From NCBI GenBank assembly GCA_002897735.1, contig BDTW01000021.1, positions 2,293-66,292 of the forward strand: a stretch of DNA of 64,000 nt. The letters are read 5' to 3'. Position numbers and translations under genes: made by a program. This document shows, in pieces, positions 20,673-29,724 of this stretch. The notes under the pieces are model-generated. The model made no database searches and was not told the origin of the DNA. It worked only from the letters and a program-made list of their open reading frames with translations. Origin of the DNA: a bacterium BMS3Bbin13 (GTDB lineage: Bacteria; Pseudomonadota; Gammaproteobacteria; 21-64-14). Each line of letters opens with the position of its first letter. Position 1 is the first letter of the stretch.

Positions 20673-21623
20673 CTACCCGGCGACACCCAGCCGCGTGCCC
20701 GCAATGGCATGTCCGGCGAGAAACGCGCCGGCATCCAGGCGGCGCCCGCCGGGCAACTGCACCTCCAACAGGCGCAACACCCCCTCGCCGGCGGCGACGT
20801 CGATCCCGGTCGCGCCCGCGTCGAGCACCGAGCCCGGGGGGCCGCCGGGTGCGTGCGGCAGCGCGCGCGCACGCCAGATCCGCAGCACCGCCCCGCCCTC
20901 GAGGCGGGTCTGGGCGACCGGCCAGGGGTCGAAGGCGCGCACCCGCCGCTCCAGTTCCGGCGCCGGGCGCCGCCAGTCGAGCACCGCCTCCGCCTTGGAC
21001 AGCTTGGGCGCATAGCACGCCCGCGCCGGGTCCTGGGCAAGGGGTTGCACCCCGCCTTGCGCGAGCCGGTCCAGGGTCTCCAGCAACAGATCGGCCCCCT
21101 GCGCGGCGAGGCGCTCGGCGAGCCGCGCGGCGGTGTCGTCGGGACCGATCGAACAGGTCGAGCGGGCCAGGATGGGTCCGGTATCGAGGCCTTTGTCCAT
21201 CTGCATGATGCTGACCCCCGTCTCGGTGTCGCCGGCCAGCAACGCGCGCTGGATCGGGGCCGCGCCGCGCCAACGCGGCAGCAGCGAGGCGTGGACGTTC
21301 AGGCAGCCGAGGCGCGGGATCGCCAGTACCGCGGGCGGCAGCAACAGACCGTAGGCCACCACGATCAAGGCATCGGCGCCGAGCGCGCGCAGATCGGCCT
21401 GGACCGCCTCCTCGCGCAGGCTCGGCGGCTGCTCCACGCTCAATCCGCACTCGAGCGCGAGGGTCTTCACGGGGCTCGGCCGGGGCCGGCGCCCGCGGCC
21501 GGCGCGGCGATCGGGCTGGGTGTAGACGGCGCGTACCCGATGGCCGGAGGCGCACAGGGCGCGCAGCGTCGGCACCGCGAATTGCGGGGTCCCGGCGAAC
21601 ACGAGGTCGAGGCATTCGGTCAT
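20673..21623 (-). CDS. fmt: Methionyl-tRNA formyltransferase
   Basis: [31 protein letters not shown]. Confidence 0.97.
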   Translation of the reverse strand: MTECLDLVFAGTPQFAVPTLRALCASGHRVRAVYTQPDRRAGRGRRPRPSPVKTLALECGLSVEQPPSLREEAVQADLRALGADALIVVAYGLLLPPAVLAIPRLGCLNVHASLLPRWRGAAPIQRALLAGDTETGVSIMQMDKGLDTGPILARSTCSIGPDDTAARLAERLAAQGADLLLETLDRLAQGGVQPLAQDPARACYAPKLSKAEAVLDWRRPAPELERRVRAFDPWPVAQTRLEGGAVLRIWRARALPHAPGGPPGSVLDAGATGIDVAAGEGVLRLLEVQLPGGRRLDAGAFLAGHAIAGTRLGVAG

Positions 21624-21739
21624 TGCGGCGGCGCTGCACGATCGGCGCGCCGGCAGGCGCGGAAAGCCGGGAAAATCCCTCGTCACGGCTGCACAACGGC
21701 GTTCCCCGGATCACCGCGGCGGCGGGCAATCGGTCCATC

Positions 21740-22004
21740 CCCGGCGGTCTCGGCCGGGCAAGCCCGGCCCTACGGGGACTTTGCCCGACCGCACTGTTGT
21801 TTGGGCTGTGGGACCCGGCGGTCTCGGCCGGGCAAGCCCGGCCCTACGGGGCCGGAGCCACCGGGAGCCATTCACGCCGGGCGGCGAATATCCTGTAGGG
21901 CGGGCCTCGGCCCGCCGACGACGGCGGATCATCCCGCAACGTCCGATGTGAACGTGAAATGCCACCGGACAGGCGATTTCCCGTAGCGCGGGCCTCGGCC
22001 CGTC
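21740..22004. repeat. Cluster of four GTAGGG-type REPs between fmt and def
   Basis: Identical 38-bp direct repeats CCCGGCGGTCTCGGCCGGGCAAGCCCGGCCCTACGGGG (21740, 21814), then GTAGGGCGGGCCTCGGCCCGCC (21895) and GTAGCGCGGGCCTCGGCCCG (21983). Confidence 0.85.
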
Positions 22005-22030
22005 CGTTCCCCCGATTCCCCGCGCACATC

Positions 22031-22090
22031 GGAAAACCGTCCTCGATCGCCCACCCGCCTCGCTACGAACCCCCGAGTCCGACAGACTAG
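22031..22090. mobile_element. Truncated right end of the MITE at 42213-42372
   Basis: GGAAAACCGTCCTCGATCGCCCACCCGCCTCGCTACGAAC...AGTCCGACAG closely matches 42315-42368. Confidence 0.75.
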
Positions 22091-22629
22091 ATCACGGTCC
22101 CCTCGCGGCGCTTCGGCGCAGGCGCCTCGACGCCCTGGCGACGCTGCTTCTCCAGGCGCTTGCGGATTCGCCGGCGCTTGAGTTCCGAGAGGTAATCCAC
22201 GAACAGGCGCCCTTCCAGGTGGTCGCATTCGTGCTGGATGCACACCGCCAGCAGCCCCTCGGCGTCCGCCTCGAACGGCACCCCGTCCCGGTCGAGGGCG
22301 CGGAAGCGGATACGCTCGGCACGGCGCACCATTTCGTAGACGCCGGGCACCGACAGACACCCTTCCTGCGACTCCTCCTCGCCCTCGCGCCCGAGGATCT
22401 CCGGGTTCACCAGCGTGAGCGGCGCACTCTTGTCCTCGGAAGCGTCTACGACCACCACGCGCCGGTCCACGCTGACCTGGACGGCCGCCAACCCGACCCC
22501 CGGGGCGTCATACATGGTCTCGAACAGATCGTCGATCAGGCGACGGACCTCGTCGTCCACGCGCTCTACGGGCCGGGCGCGGTGGCGCAGCCTCGGGTCG
22601 GGGTAGCGAAGAACCTGGAGCAGCGTCAT
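22087..22629 (-). CDS. def: Peptide deformylase
   Basis: [22 protein letters not shown]. Confidence 0.97.
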   Translation of the reverse strand: MTLLQVLRYPDPRLRHRARPVERVDDEVRRLIDDLFETMYDAPGVGLAAVQVSVDRRVVVVDASEDKSAPLTLVNPEILGREGEEESQEGCLSVPGVYEMVRRAERIRFRALDRDGVPFEADAEGLLAVCIQHECDHLEGRLFVDYLSELKRRRIRKRLEKQRRQGVEAPAPKRREGTVI

Positions 22630-22790
22630 TGTGAAGCCCGTCACGAAGTCGTCAGACCGCCCCATCAATAATCGACGGGGACGGACGCTAACCATGATAC
22701 GAATTCCACAAGGTGTTGGCCACACTCCTATATGGGGTGGGGTTTTTGGGCTAAACTCCGGCGATCCGCCGGGCAAGGGGTTGCGAAGAT

Positions 22791-23840
22791 ATGGCTACAG
22801 CACGATGGCTTGCCATGGGATTGGCGTTTCTGCTGTCCGGCGTCGCACTCGCCGAATCCGTCACGCTGCGACCGGATCACCCGAACCGCTACGTGGTCGT
22901 GAAAGGCGATACGCTATGGGGGATCTCGGCGCGCTTCCTGCGCGATCCCTGGCTCTGGCCGGAGGTGTGGTCGGTCAACCCCCAGATTCGCAATCCGAAC
23001 CTGATCTATCCGGGTGACGCGATCACGCTGGCCTACGTCAACGGCAAGCCGCGGTTGCGCCTGCAACGGGGTGCATCGGCGCCCCACGGGATGCGGACCG
23101 TGCGCCTGGTACCGGAGGTGCAGCGCGAACCGCTGCCCAAGGCGATCCCGACCATTCCCCTGGACGCGATTCGCCCGTTCCTGACCCGTACGACTGTGGT
23201 TTCCAAGGGGGAACTGGCCGATGCCCCCTACGTGGTGGACATCGCCGGCGAGCACTTGGTGGGCGCCGACGGCAACCGGATCTACGTGCGGCGGCTCGAC
23301 GACACCACCCACCGGCGCTTCGTCGTAGTCCGTCAGGGCGACACCTACCGCAACCCCCGTACCGGCAAGATCCTCGGCTACGAGGCGATCCACCTCGCCG
23401 ACGCCGAGCTGGTGCGGGCGGGGCATCCGGCGACCCTGCGTCTCTCGCACGCCGACCAGGAGGTGCGGATCGGCGACCGCCTCCTCCCCCTGCCCGCGCA
23501 ACGCCTGCCCGACGATTTCGTCCCGCAGGCACCGAAGCGGCCGGTGGACGGGCAGATCATCTCGGTGTTCCACGGCGTCTCGCAGATCGGCCAGGATCAG
23601 GTCGTGGTGCTGGACGTGGGCAAGGAGCAGGGGATCCGCGCCGGTGACGTGCTCGCGATCTACCAGGCCGGCAGGCGGATCCGCGACACGGTGGAGGGAG
23701 GCATCGGGCGGACCGTGAGCCTCCCCGACGAGCGGGCCGGCATTCTGATGGTGTTCCGGCCGTTCCGGCGGGTGAGCTACGCTTTAGTGATGAGCGCCAC
23801 GCGCGCCATCCACCTGGAAGACGTCGTCCGGAATCCGTAG
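22791..23840 (+). CDS. LysM peptidoglycan-binding protein (TsaP-like)
   Basis: Signal peptide, [13 protein letters not shown]...WPEVW...NPNLIYPGD; def/LysM/dprA synteny. Confidence 0.9.
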   Translation: MATARWLAMGLAFLLSGVALAESVTLRPDHPNRYVVVKGDTLWGISARFLRDPWLWPEVWSVNPQIRNPNLIYPGDAITLAYVNGKPRLRLQRGASAPHGMRTVRLVPEVQREPLPKAIPTIPLDAIRPFLTRTTVVSKGELADAPYVVDIAGEHLVGADGNRIYVRRLDDTTHRRFVVVRQGDTYRNPRTGKILGYEAIHLADAELVRAGHPATLRLSHADQEVRIGDRLLPLPAQRLPDDFVPQAPKRPVDGQIISVFHGVSQIGQDQVVVLDVGKEQGIRAGDVLAIYQAGRRIRDTVEGGIGRTVSLPDERAGILMVFRPFRRVSYALVMSATRAIHLEDVVRNP

Positions 23841-23915
23841 TTCCATGCCGGTCGCGCCCCGGGGGCGCGGCGGCGATGGCGCCCGGCACGGAAGCCGGCG
23901 CGCCCGGAGGCGGTC

Positions 23916-25028
23916 ATGGAAGACCCCGATTCGGAAACGGCCCACGCCCTGACCCTGCTGCGCACGCCCGGCGTCGGCCCGGTGGCGCACCGCCTGCTGA
24001 TGGAGCGCTACGGATCGGCGCGAGGCGCGCTGGCTTGGCTGGCGGGGCAGGGGGGCACGCGTGACCGGGCCGCCCTCGCATCCGATTCCCGCCCCGATCC
24101 CGACCGGCGCGCCGTAGAGCGCGACCTGGCCTGGCTGGCGCTGCCCGGGCACCACCTGCTGGCACTCACCGATCCCGCCTATCCGGCCCGGCTCCGGGAG
24201 ATCCCCGACCCCCCGCCGTTGCTGTTCGTCACCGGCGATCCGGCGTTGCTCGCGACACCGCAGGTGGCCGTGATCGGCAGCCGCAACCCGAGTCTCGGCG
24301 GGCGGGAGCAGGCGGAGTCCCTCGCGCGCGGACTGGCGGCGGCGGGGGTGACCGTGACCAGCGGGCTCGCCCTGGGCATCGACGGGGCCGCCCACCGCGG
24401 CGCCCTGGCGGGCGGCGGGTACACCGTGGCGGTGGCCGGCACGGGACCCGACCGGATCTACCCGGCGCATCATCACGCCCTGGCCCGCGAGATCGTCGCA
24501 CGAGGGGCCATGGTCACGGAATTTCCGACCGGCACCCCGCCGCGACCGGAGCACTTTCCGCGCCGCAATCGAATCATCAGCGGCCTGAGCCTCGGGGTCG
24601 TGGTGGTGGAAGCGGCGCTGCGCTCCGGATCGCGGATCACCGCCCGCCACGCCGCCGACCAGGGCCGCGAGGTGTTCGCCGTGCCCGGCTCGGTCCGCAA
24701 CCCCCTCGCACGCGGCTGCCACGCGCTGCTGCGCGACGGCGCCAAACTGGTGGAGACCGTAGAGGATATCCTGGAGGAGCTGGACCCCGGGTTCCGGCGC
24801 GCCCCCGCACCCGCCCCGGGATGCGTTGCGTCGGGGCCGGATCCCGACACGACGCAACGGCGGATCCTGGAGGCGCTCGGCCACGATCCGGCGCCGGTGG
24901 ACCACCTGGTCGAGCGCACCGGATTGACGGCGGAAGCGGTTTCGGCCATCCTCCTGACCCTGGAGTTGCGCGGCCTCGTGGCGTCCGCCCCGGGCGGGTG
25001 CTACGAACGGATCGGGACGGGACCTTGA
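23916..25028 (+). CDS. dprA: DNA-processing protein DprA
   Basis: IGSRN, TSGLALGIDGAAHRGAL, FPRRNRIISGLS, GREVFAVPG. Confidence 0.96.
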   Translation: MEDPDSETAHALTLLRTPGVGPVAHRLLMERYGSARGALAWLAGQGGTRDRAALASDSRPDPDRRAVERDLAWLALPGHHLLALTDPAYPARLREIPDPPPLLFVTGDPALLATPQVAVIGSRNPSLGGREQAESLARGLAAAGVTVTSGLALGIDGAAHRGALAGGGYTVAVAGTGPDRIYPAHHHALAREIVARGAMVTEFPTGTPPRPEHFPRRNRIISGLSLGVVVVEAALRSGSRITARHAADQGREVFAVPGSVRNPLARGCHALLRDGAKLVETVEDILEELDPGFRRAPAPAPGCVASGPDPDTTQRRILEALGHDPAPVDHLVERTGLTAEAVSAILLTLELRGLVASAPGGCYERIGTGP

Positions 25029-25033
25029 GAGAG

Positions 25034-25516
25034 ATGAAAGAAAACGTGCTCGACGTACTGATGTACCTGTTCGAGAACTACTATCTCGACAGCGAGACGG
25101 AATGGAGGCCCGAGCGCTCAGTCCTTCAGGGCAAGCTCCTGGAAGCCGGATTCCCCACCCTGGAGGTGGAGCAGGCCTTCGACTGGCTGGAAGATCTCGT
25201 CGCACGACGCGATGCACACCTGCACGGCGGCAGCCAGACCCCCGATTCGCTGCGGCTGTTCAGTGATCACGAGATCCGCAAGCTCGATCTGGAGGCGCGC
25301 GGGTTCCTGCTGTTCCTCGAACAGATGGGGATTTTGACGCCGGCCAACCGCGAGTTGGTGATCGACCGGGTGATGGCGCTGGAGACGGAGGAAATCGACC
25401 TCGACCAGCTGAAGTGGGTCATCCTCATGGTTCTGTTCAACCAGCCCGGCCAGGAGGCGGCCTACGCATGGATGGAGGATCTGGTCTTCGACAACGCCGG
25501 CGGCTATCTCCACTGA
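25034..25516 (+). CDS. smg: Smg (DUF494) protein
   Basis: MKENVLDVLMYLFENY, LKWVILMVLFNQPG. Confidence 0.94.
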   Translation: MKENVLDVLMYLFENYYLDSETEWRPERSVLQGKLLEAGFPTLEVEQAFDWLEDLVARRDAHLHGGSQTPDSLRLFSDHEIRKLDLEARGFLLFLEQMGILTPANRELVIDRVMALETEEIDLDQLKWVILMVLFNQPGQEAAYAWMEDLVFDNAGGYLH

Positions 25517-25725
25517 TCGCCCTGGGGCGCCCGGAGCCCGCCTATCATCCCATTGTTTCCATAGAAATAATTCCCCTCATTCCCGACCTGGGCCGGATAC
25601 CCGCCGGATCCTGCCTCAACTCGCCCCCGGTCCGGCCGATACGGCCTCCGGCGCCCGGTGAGGTGGCGCCGCGCCGCCGGTACGGGTAAAGTCCGGCGCG
25701 TCGCCACCCGTAAGCGGATCGCACC

Positions 25726-28050
25726 ATGGGCAAGAATCTCGTCATCGTCGAGTCGCCGGCCAAGGCCAAGACCATCAAGAAGTACCTCGGCAAGGGCTTC
25801 GAGGTATTGGCCTCCTATGGCCACGTGCGCGACCTGGTACCCAAGGGCGGCGCGGTCGACCCGGACCATGACTTCGCCATGAAATACCAGATGATCGAGA
25901 GGAACGAGCGCCACGTCGCGGCGATCGCCAAGGCGGCCCGCAACGCCGACGCGCTCTACCTCGCCACCGACCCGGACCGCGAGGGCGAGGCGATCTCCTG
26001 GCACCTCTACGAACTGCTCCGGGCGCGCAAGGTCACGGACGACAAACCGGTGCAGCGGGTGGTGTTCCACGAGATCACCCAACGGGCCATCACCGAGGCG
26101 GTGGCGCACCCGCGGGAACTGTCCATGGATCTCGTCAACGCCCAACAGGCACGGCGCGCGCTGGACTACCTGGTCGGCTTCAACCTCTCACCGCTGCTCT
26201 GGAAGAAGATACGGCACGGGCTGTCCGCGGGACGTGTCCAGAGCCCGGCGCTGCGCCTGATCGCCGAGCGCGAGGAGGAGATCGAGCGGTTCGAACCGCG
26301 CGAGTACTGGAGCATCGAGGCGGACGCCGCGAAGGACGGCCAAAAGTTCGTCGCGCGACTCACCCATTTCGGCGACACCAAGCTCACGCAGTTCTCGATC
26401 ACCGACGAGGAGAAGGCGCGCCGCATCGAGACCGAACTCCACGCGCACGGCGGCGGCCGCCTGATCGTCGCCAAGGTCGAGAAGAAGCAGCGCCGGCGCA
26501 ACCCCGCGGCGCCTTTCATCACCTCCACCCTCCAGCAGGAGGCGTCACGCAAACTCGGGTTCTCGGCCCAGCGCACCATGCGCGTCGCCCAGCAGCTCTA
26601 CGAGGGCATCGAGGTGGAGGGCAGCGCGGCCGGCCTGATCACCTACATGCGCACCGACTCGGTCAACCTGGCCCGGGAGGCCCTGGACGAGATCCGTGAG
26701 TTGATCGCCGAACGTTACGGCGGGCACAACCTGCCGAAAAAACCGCATACCTACAAGACGCGCGCCAAGAATGCGCAGGAGGCCCACGAGGCGATCCGCC
26801 CGACCGCCGCGGCGCGCACGCCGGACTCGTTGCGCGCGTACCTCACCGCCGAGCAGCTCAAGCTCTACGAGTTGGTGTGGAAGCGCACGGTGGCCTGCCA
26901 GATGATCCACGCGACCATCGACACCGTCGCCGTGGATCTGTCCTGCGGCGCAGGGAACCTCTTCCGGGCGACCGGCTCGACGATCGTCGACCCCGGTTTC
27001 ATGGCGGTCTACCAGGAGGGCGTGGACGACGCGAAGGCGGACGGCGACGACCGGCTGCTGCCGCCGCTCAAGGTCGGTGACGAGGTCGCACTGGAGCGCA
27101 TCCGCACCGAGCAGCACTTCACCGAGCCGCCGCCCCGCTATAGCGAGGCGAGCCTGGTCCGGGTCCTGGAGGAGTACGGCATCGGGCGCCCGTCGACCTA
27201 CGCCTCGATCATCTCGACTCTGCTGCAACGCGAGTACGTGCTGCTGGAAAAACGCCGTTTCCACCCCACCGACGTGGGCCGCATCGTCGCGCGCTTCCTC
27301 AGCCGGCACTTCACCCGCTACGTGGACTACGACTTCACGGCGCAGTTGGAGGACGAACTCGACGCGGTGGCGCGGGGGGAGAAGAACTGGATCCCGCTGA
27401 TGCGCGAGTTCTGGGGGCCCTTCAAGGAGCTGCTCGAACACAAGGAGGAAAGCGTCTCGCGTGCGGAGGCCACCACCGAGGCGATCGACGAGAACTGCCC
27501 GAAATGCGGAAAACCGCTCGCCATCCGGCTCGGCCGCCGCGGGCGCTTCATCGGCTGCAGCGGCTACCCGGACTGCGACTACACGCGCGACGTGGACACC
27601 GGCCGCGAGGAATCCGGCGACGAGGCCCTCGAGGGACGATCCTGTCCGAAATGCGAATCACCGCTGGTGATCCGGCACGGGCGTTACGGAAAGTTCATCG
27701 GCTGCAGCGCCTACCCCAAGTGCCGCCACATCGAGCCCCTGGAGAGGCCCTCGGACACCGGCGTATTGTGTCCGCAGTGCGGCAAGGGCACGATGCTCAA
27801 GCGCAAGTCACGCAACGGGAAGATCTTCTATTCCTGCTCGACCTACCCGACCTGCGACTACGCGGTCTGGAACGAGCCCCTGGACGAGCCCTGTCCGCGC
27901 TGCGGCTGGCAGATGCTCACCGTCAAGGTGACCAAGCGGCGCGGCACCGAAAAGGTGTGTCCGCGCAAGGAGTGCGGGTTTTCCGAGCCCTTCGCCGGCG
28001 CCGGGACGGCCGAGGAGGAGTCACAGCACGGCGAGGCCGCCGCCCACTGA
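25726..28050 (+). CDS. topA: DNA topoisomerase I
   Basis: LVIVESPAKAKTI, ATDPDREGE, SAGRVQS, ITYMRTDS, C-terminal C4 zinc ribbons. Confidence 0.98.
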   Translation: MGKNLVIVESPAKAKTIKKYLGKGFEVLASYGHVRDLVPKGGAVDPDHDFAMKYQMIERNERHVAAIAKAARNADALYLATDPDREGEAISWHLYELLRARKVTDDKPVQRVVFHEITQRAITEAVAHPRELSMDLVNAQQARRALDYLVGFNLSPLLWKKIRHGLSAGRVQSPALRLIAEREEEIERFEPREYWSIEADAAKDGQKFVARLTHFGDTKLTQFSITDEEKARRIETELHAHGGGRLIVAKVEKKQRRRNPAAPFITSTLQQEASRKLGFSAQRTMRVAQQLYEGIEVEGSAAGLITYMRTDSVNLAREALDEIRELIAERYGGHNLPKKPHTYKTRAKNAQEAHEAIRPTAAARTPDSLRAYLTAEQLKLYELVWKRTVACQMIHATIDTVAVDLSCGAGNLFRATGSTIVDPGFMAVYQEGVDDAKADGDDRLLPPLKVGDEVALERIRTEQHFTEPPPRYSEASLVRVLEEYGIGRPSTYASIISTLLQREYVLLEKRRFHPTDVGRIVARFLSRHFTRYVDYDFTAQLEDELDAVARGEKNWIPLMREFWGPFKELLEHKEESVSRAEATTEAIDENCPKCGKPLAIRLGRRGRFIGCSGYPDCDYTRDVDTGREESGDEALEGRSCPKCESPLVIRHGRYGKFIGCSAYPKCRHIEPLERPSDTGVLCPQCGKGTMLKRKSRNGKIFYSCSTYPTCDYAVWNEPLDEPCPRCGWQMLTVKVTKRRGTEKVCPRKECGFSEPFAGAGTAEEESQHGEAAAH

Positions 28051-28150
28051 ACGGACACCGTTCGGCGGGCCGCCCCGATCTTTGACCGGACTCGGCGCCG
28101 CGGCTATCTTGGTCACCCGACGATGATCCGGATAGCGGCGAGGGGATGCG

Positions 28151-28657
28151 ATGGGCGAGTCGTTCGTTGCGGTGCTGATGGGTTCCGACTCCGACCTGCC
28201 GAGGATGGAGGAGACCTTCGGGGTGCTGCGCGCCCTGGAGATCCCTTTCGAAGCGCGCATCCTGTCGGCCCACCGTACCCCCGACGCCACACATGAATAC
28301 GTGAGGGACGCCGACCGGCGCGGCTGCGCCGTGTTCATCGCGGCCGCGGGCATGGCGGCGCACCTCGCCGGCACCGTGGCCGGTCTCACCATCCGGCCGG
28401 TGATCGGGGTCCCGTTGGACACCGGACCGCTGCAGGGCCTCGACGCGCTGCTCTCCACCGTCCAGATGCCGGGCGGGATCCCGGTCGCCTGTGTCGCGGT
28501 GGGCAAGGCGGGGGCGCGCAACGCGGGCTATCTCGCCGCCCAGGTCCTGGCGCTCGAAGATGCGCGGCTCGCGGCGCGGCTGCGCGCCGACCGGGAGGGG
28601 AACGCCGCGCAGATCCTGGAGAAGGATCGACAGCTCCAGGCGCAGGCCGCGCGCTGA
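28151..28657 (+). CDS. purE: N5-CAIR mutase PurE
   Basis: MGSDSD, SAHRTP, AGMAAHL, VQMPGGIPVA. Confidence 0.96.
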   Translation: MGESFVAVLMGSDSDLPRMEETFGVLRALEIPFEARILSAHRTPDATHEYVRDADRRGCAVFIAAAGMAAHLAGTVAGLTIRPVIGVPLDTGPLQGLDALLSTVQMPGGIPVACVAVGKAGARNAGYLAAQVLALEDARLAARLRADREGNAAQILEKDRQLQAQAAR

Positions 28658-28765
28658 GGCGCCCTCTCCCCCGAGCAATGGCGCCCATGTTCGATTCCCG
28701 GCTCATACGACCTCTCGCCCGTCCACTCACGGTCGCCCCGACCGTGCGGCGCAACGAGTTCGGCG

Positions 28766-29359
28766 ATGGGCCGGAGACCGCGTAGCGACGTGCCGTGCCC
28801 CGTCCACCCCTGGCACCTGCGCCGCGCGGCCGCCGTGCTGCGCGGGGGCGGCGTGTTGGCCTATCCGGCCGAGGGGGTCTATGGACTGGGCTGCAACCCC
28901 CTGAACCCCGCGGCGGTGCGGCGGTTGCTGGCCCTGAAGTCCCGTTCGGCGGACAGGGGCCTGATCCTGATCGCCGCGGACTTCGCCCAACTCCGGCCCT
29001 TCCTGCGCCCGCTCAGGGGCGCGTTGCGCGCCCGGGTACACACCGAATGGCCGGGGCCGGTCACGTGGCTGCTCCCGGCGCAACCGTGGGTCCCGGAGTT
29101 GCTGCGCGGCGCGCACGACTGTCTCGCGGTACGCGTTACCGCGCACCCGGTCGCGGCCGCGTTGTGTACCGCGGCCGGTTTCCCGCTCGTCTCCACCAGC
29201 GCGAACCCCACCGGGCGCCCGCCGGCACGCGACGCGCTGGCGGTACGGCGGTGGTTCGGCCGCGACATCGACTATCTGGTGCACGGGTGTACCGGCGAGC
29301 GGCGGCGCCCCACGGAGATCCGCGACGCACGGACCGGGCGCGTCCTGCGACCGGGCTGA
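28766..29359 (+). CDS. tsaC: Threonylcarbamoyl-AMP synthase (TsaC/YrdC)
   Basis: LAYPAEGVYGLGC, WPGPVT, STSAN; alternative GTG start at 28790. Confidence 0.92.
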   Translation: MGRRPRSDVPCPVHPWHLRRAAAVLRGGGVLAYPAEGVYGLGCNPLNPAAVRRLLALKSRSADRGLILIAADFAQLRPFLRPLRGALRARVHTEWPGPVTWLLPAQPWVPELLRGAHDCLAVRVTAHPVAAALCTAAGFPLVSTSANPTGRPPARDALAVRRWFGRDIDYLVHGCTGERRRPTEIRDARTGRVLRPG

Positions 29360-29372
29360 GAACCCGTCGGCC

Positions 29373-29399
29373 AAAAAAAACCCTGCCAAACGGCAGGGT
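29373..29399 (-). terminator. Rho-independent terminator, minus strand
   Basis: ACCCTGCC-GTTT-GGCAGGGT followed by a T tract. Confidence 0.85.
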
Positions 29400-29585
29400 A
29401 AGCGCCATATGGCGCAGGAGGAGTTCTTTAGCCGACAGCGGTTCCCGGCCTCTCGTGTCCCGATCGATCCAAGATCACGGCTGCTTGCACGCAACGGGGG
29501 GAAACTCACCCGGTCTTCGTATCGGCACGATCCCGCCGCACTTGAACGTCCCCGGCGGAACCGATGCCGAACGCCATTTGTACAG
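29373..29585 (-). ncRNA. Candidate sigma54-dependent sRNA
   Basis: Bounded by a -24/-12 site (29611-29596) and the terminator; AACTCCTCCT motif plus hairpin GCGCCATATGGCGC just before the terminator. Confidence 0.45.
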
Positions 29586-29595
29586 TTTGAACACA

Positions 29596-29611
29596 AGCAA
29601 TTTACATGCCG
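29596..29611 (-). promoter_or_regulatory. Putative sigma54 promoter
   Basis: Minus strand CGGCATGTAAATTGCT, GG-N10-GC, close to TGGCAC-N5-TTGCW. Confidence 0.55.
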
Positions 29612-29724
29612 GAAATTTTACGGAACTCGCGGAATGACGGTAATCGCAGGAAATTAAAGTGTTTTATCGGTCCCGATCGGCTTCCCACCCGGGCGTACCG
29701 GTGGCGGGAAACGCCGTTGAGGCT

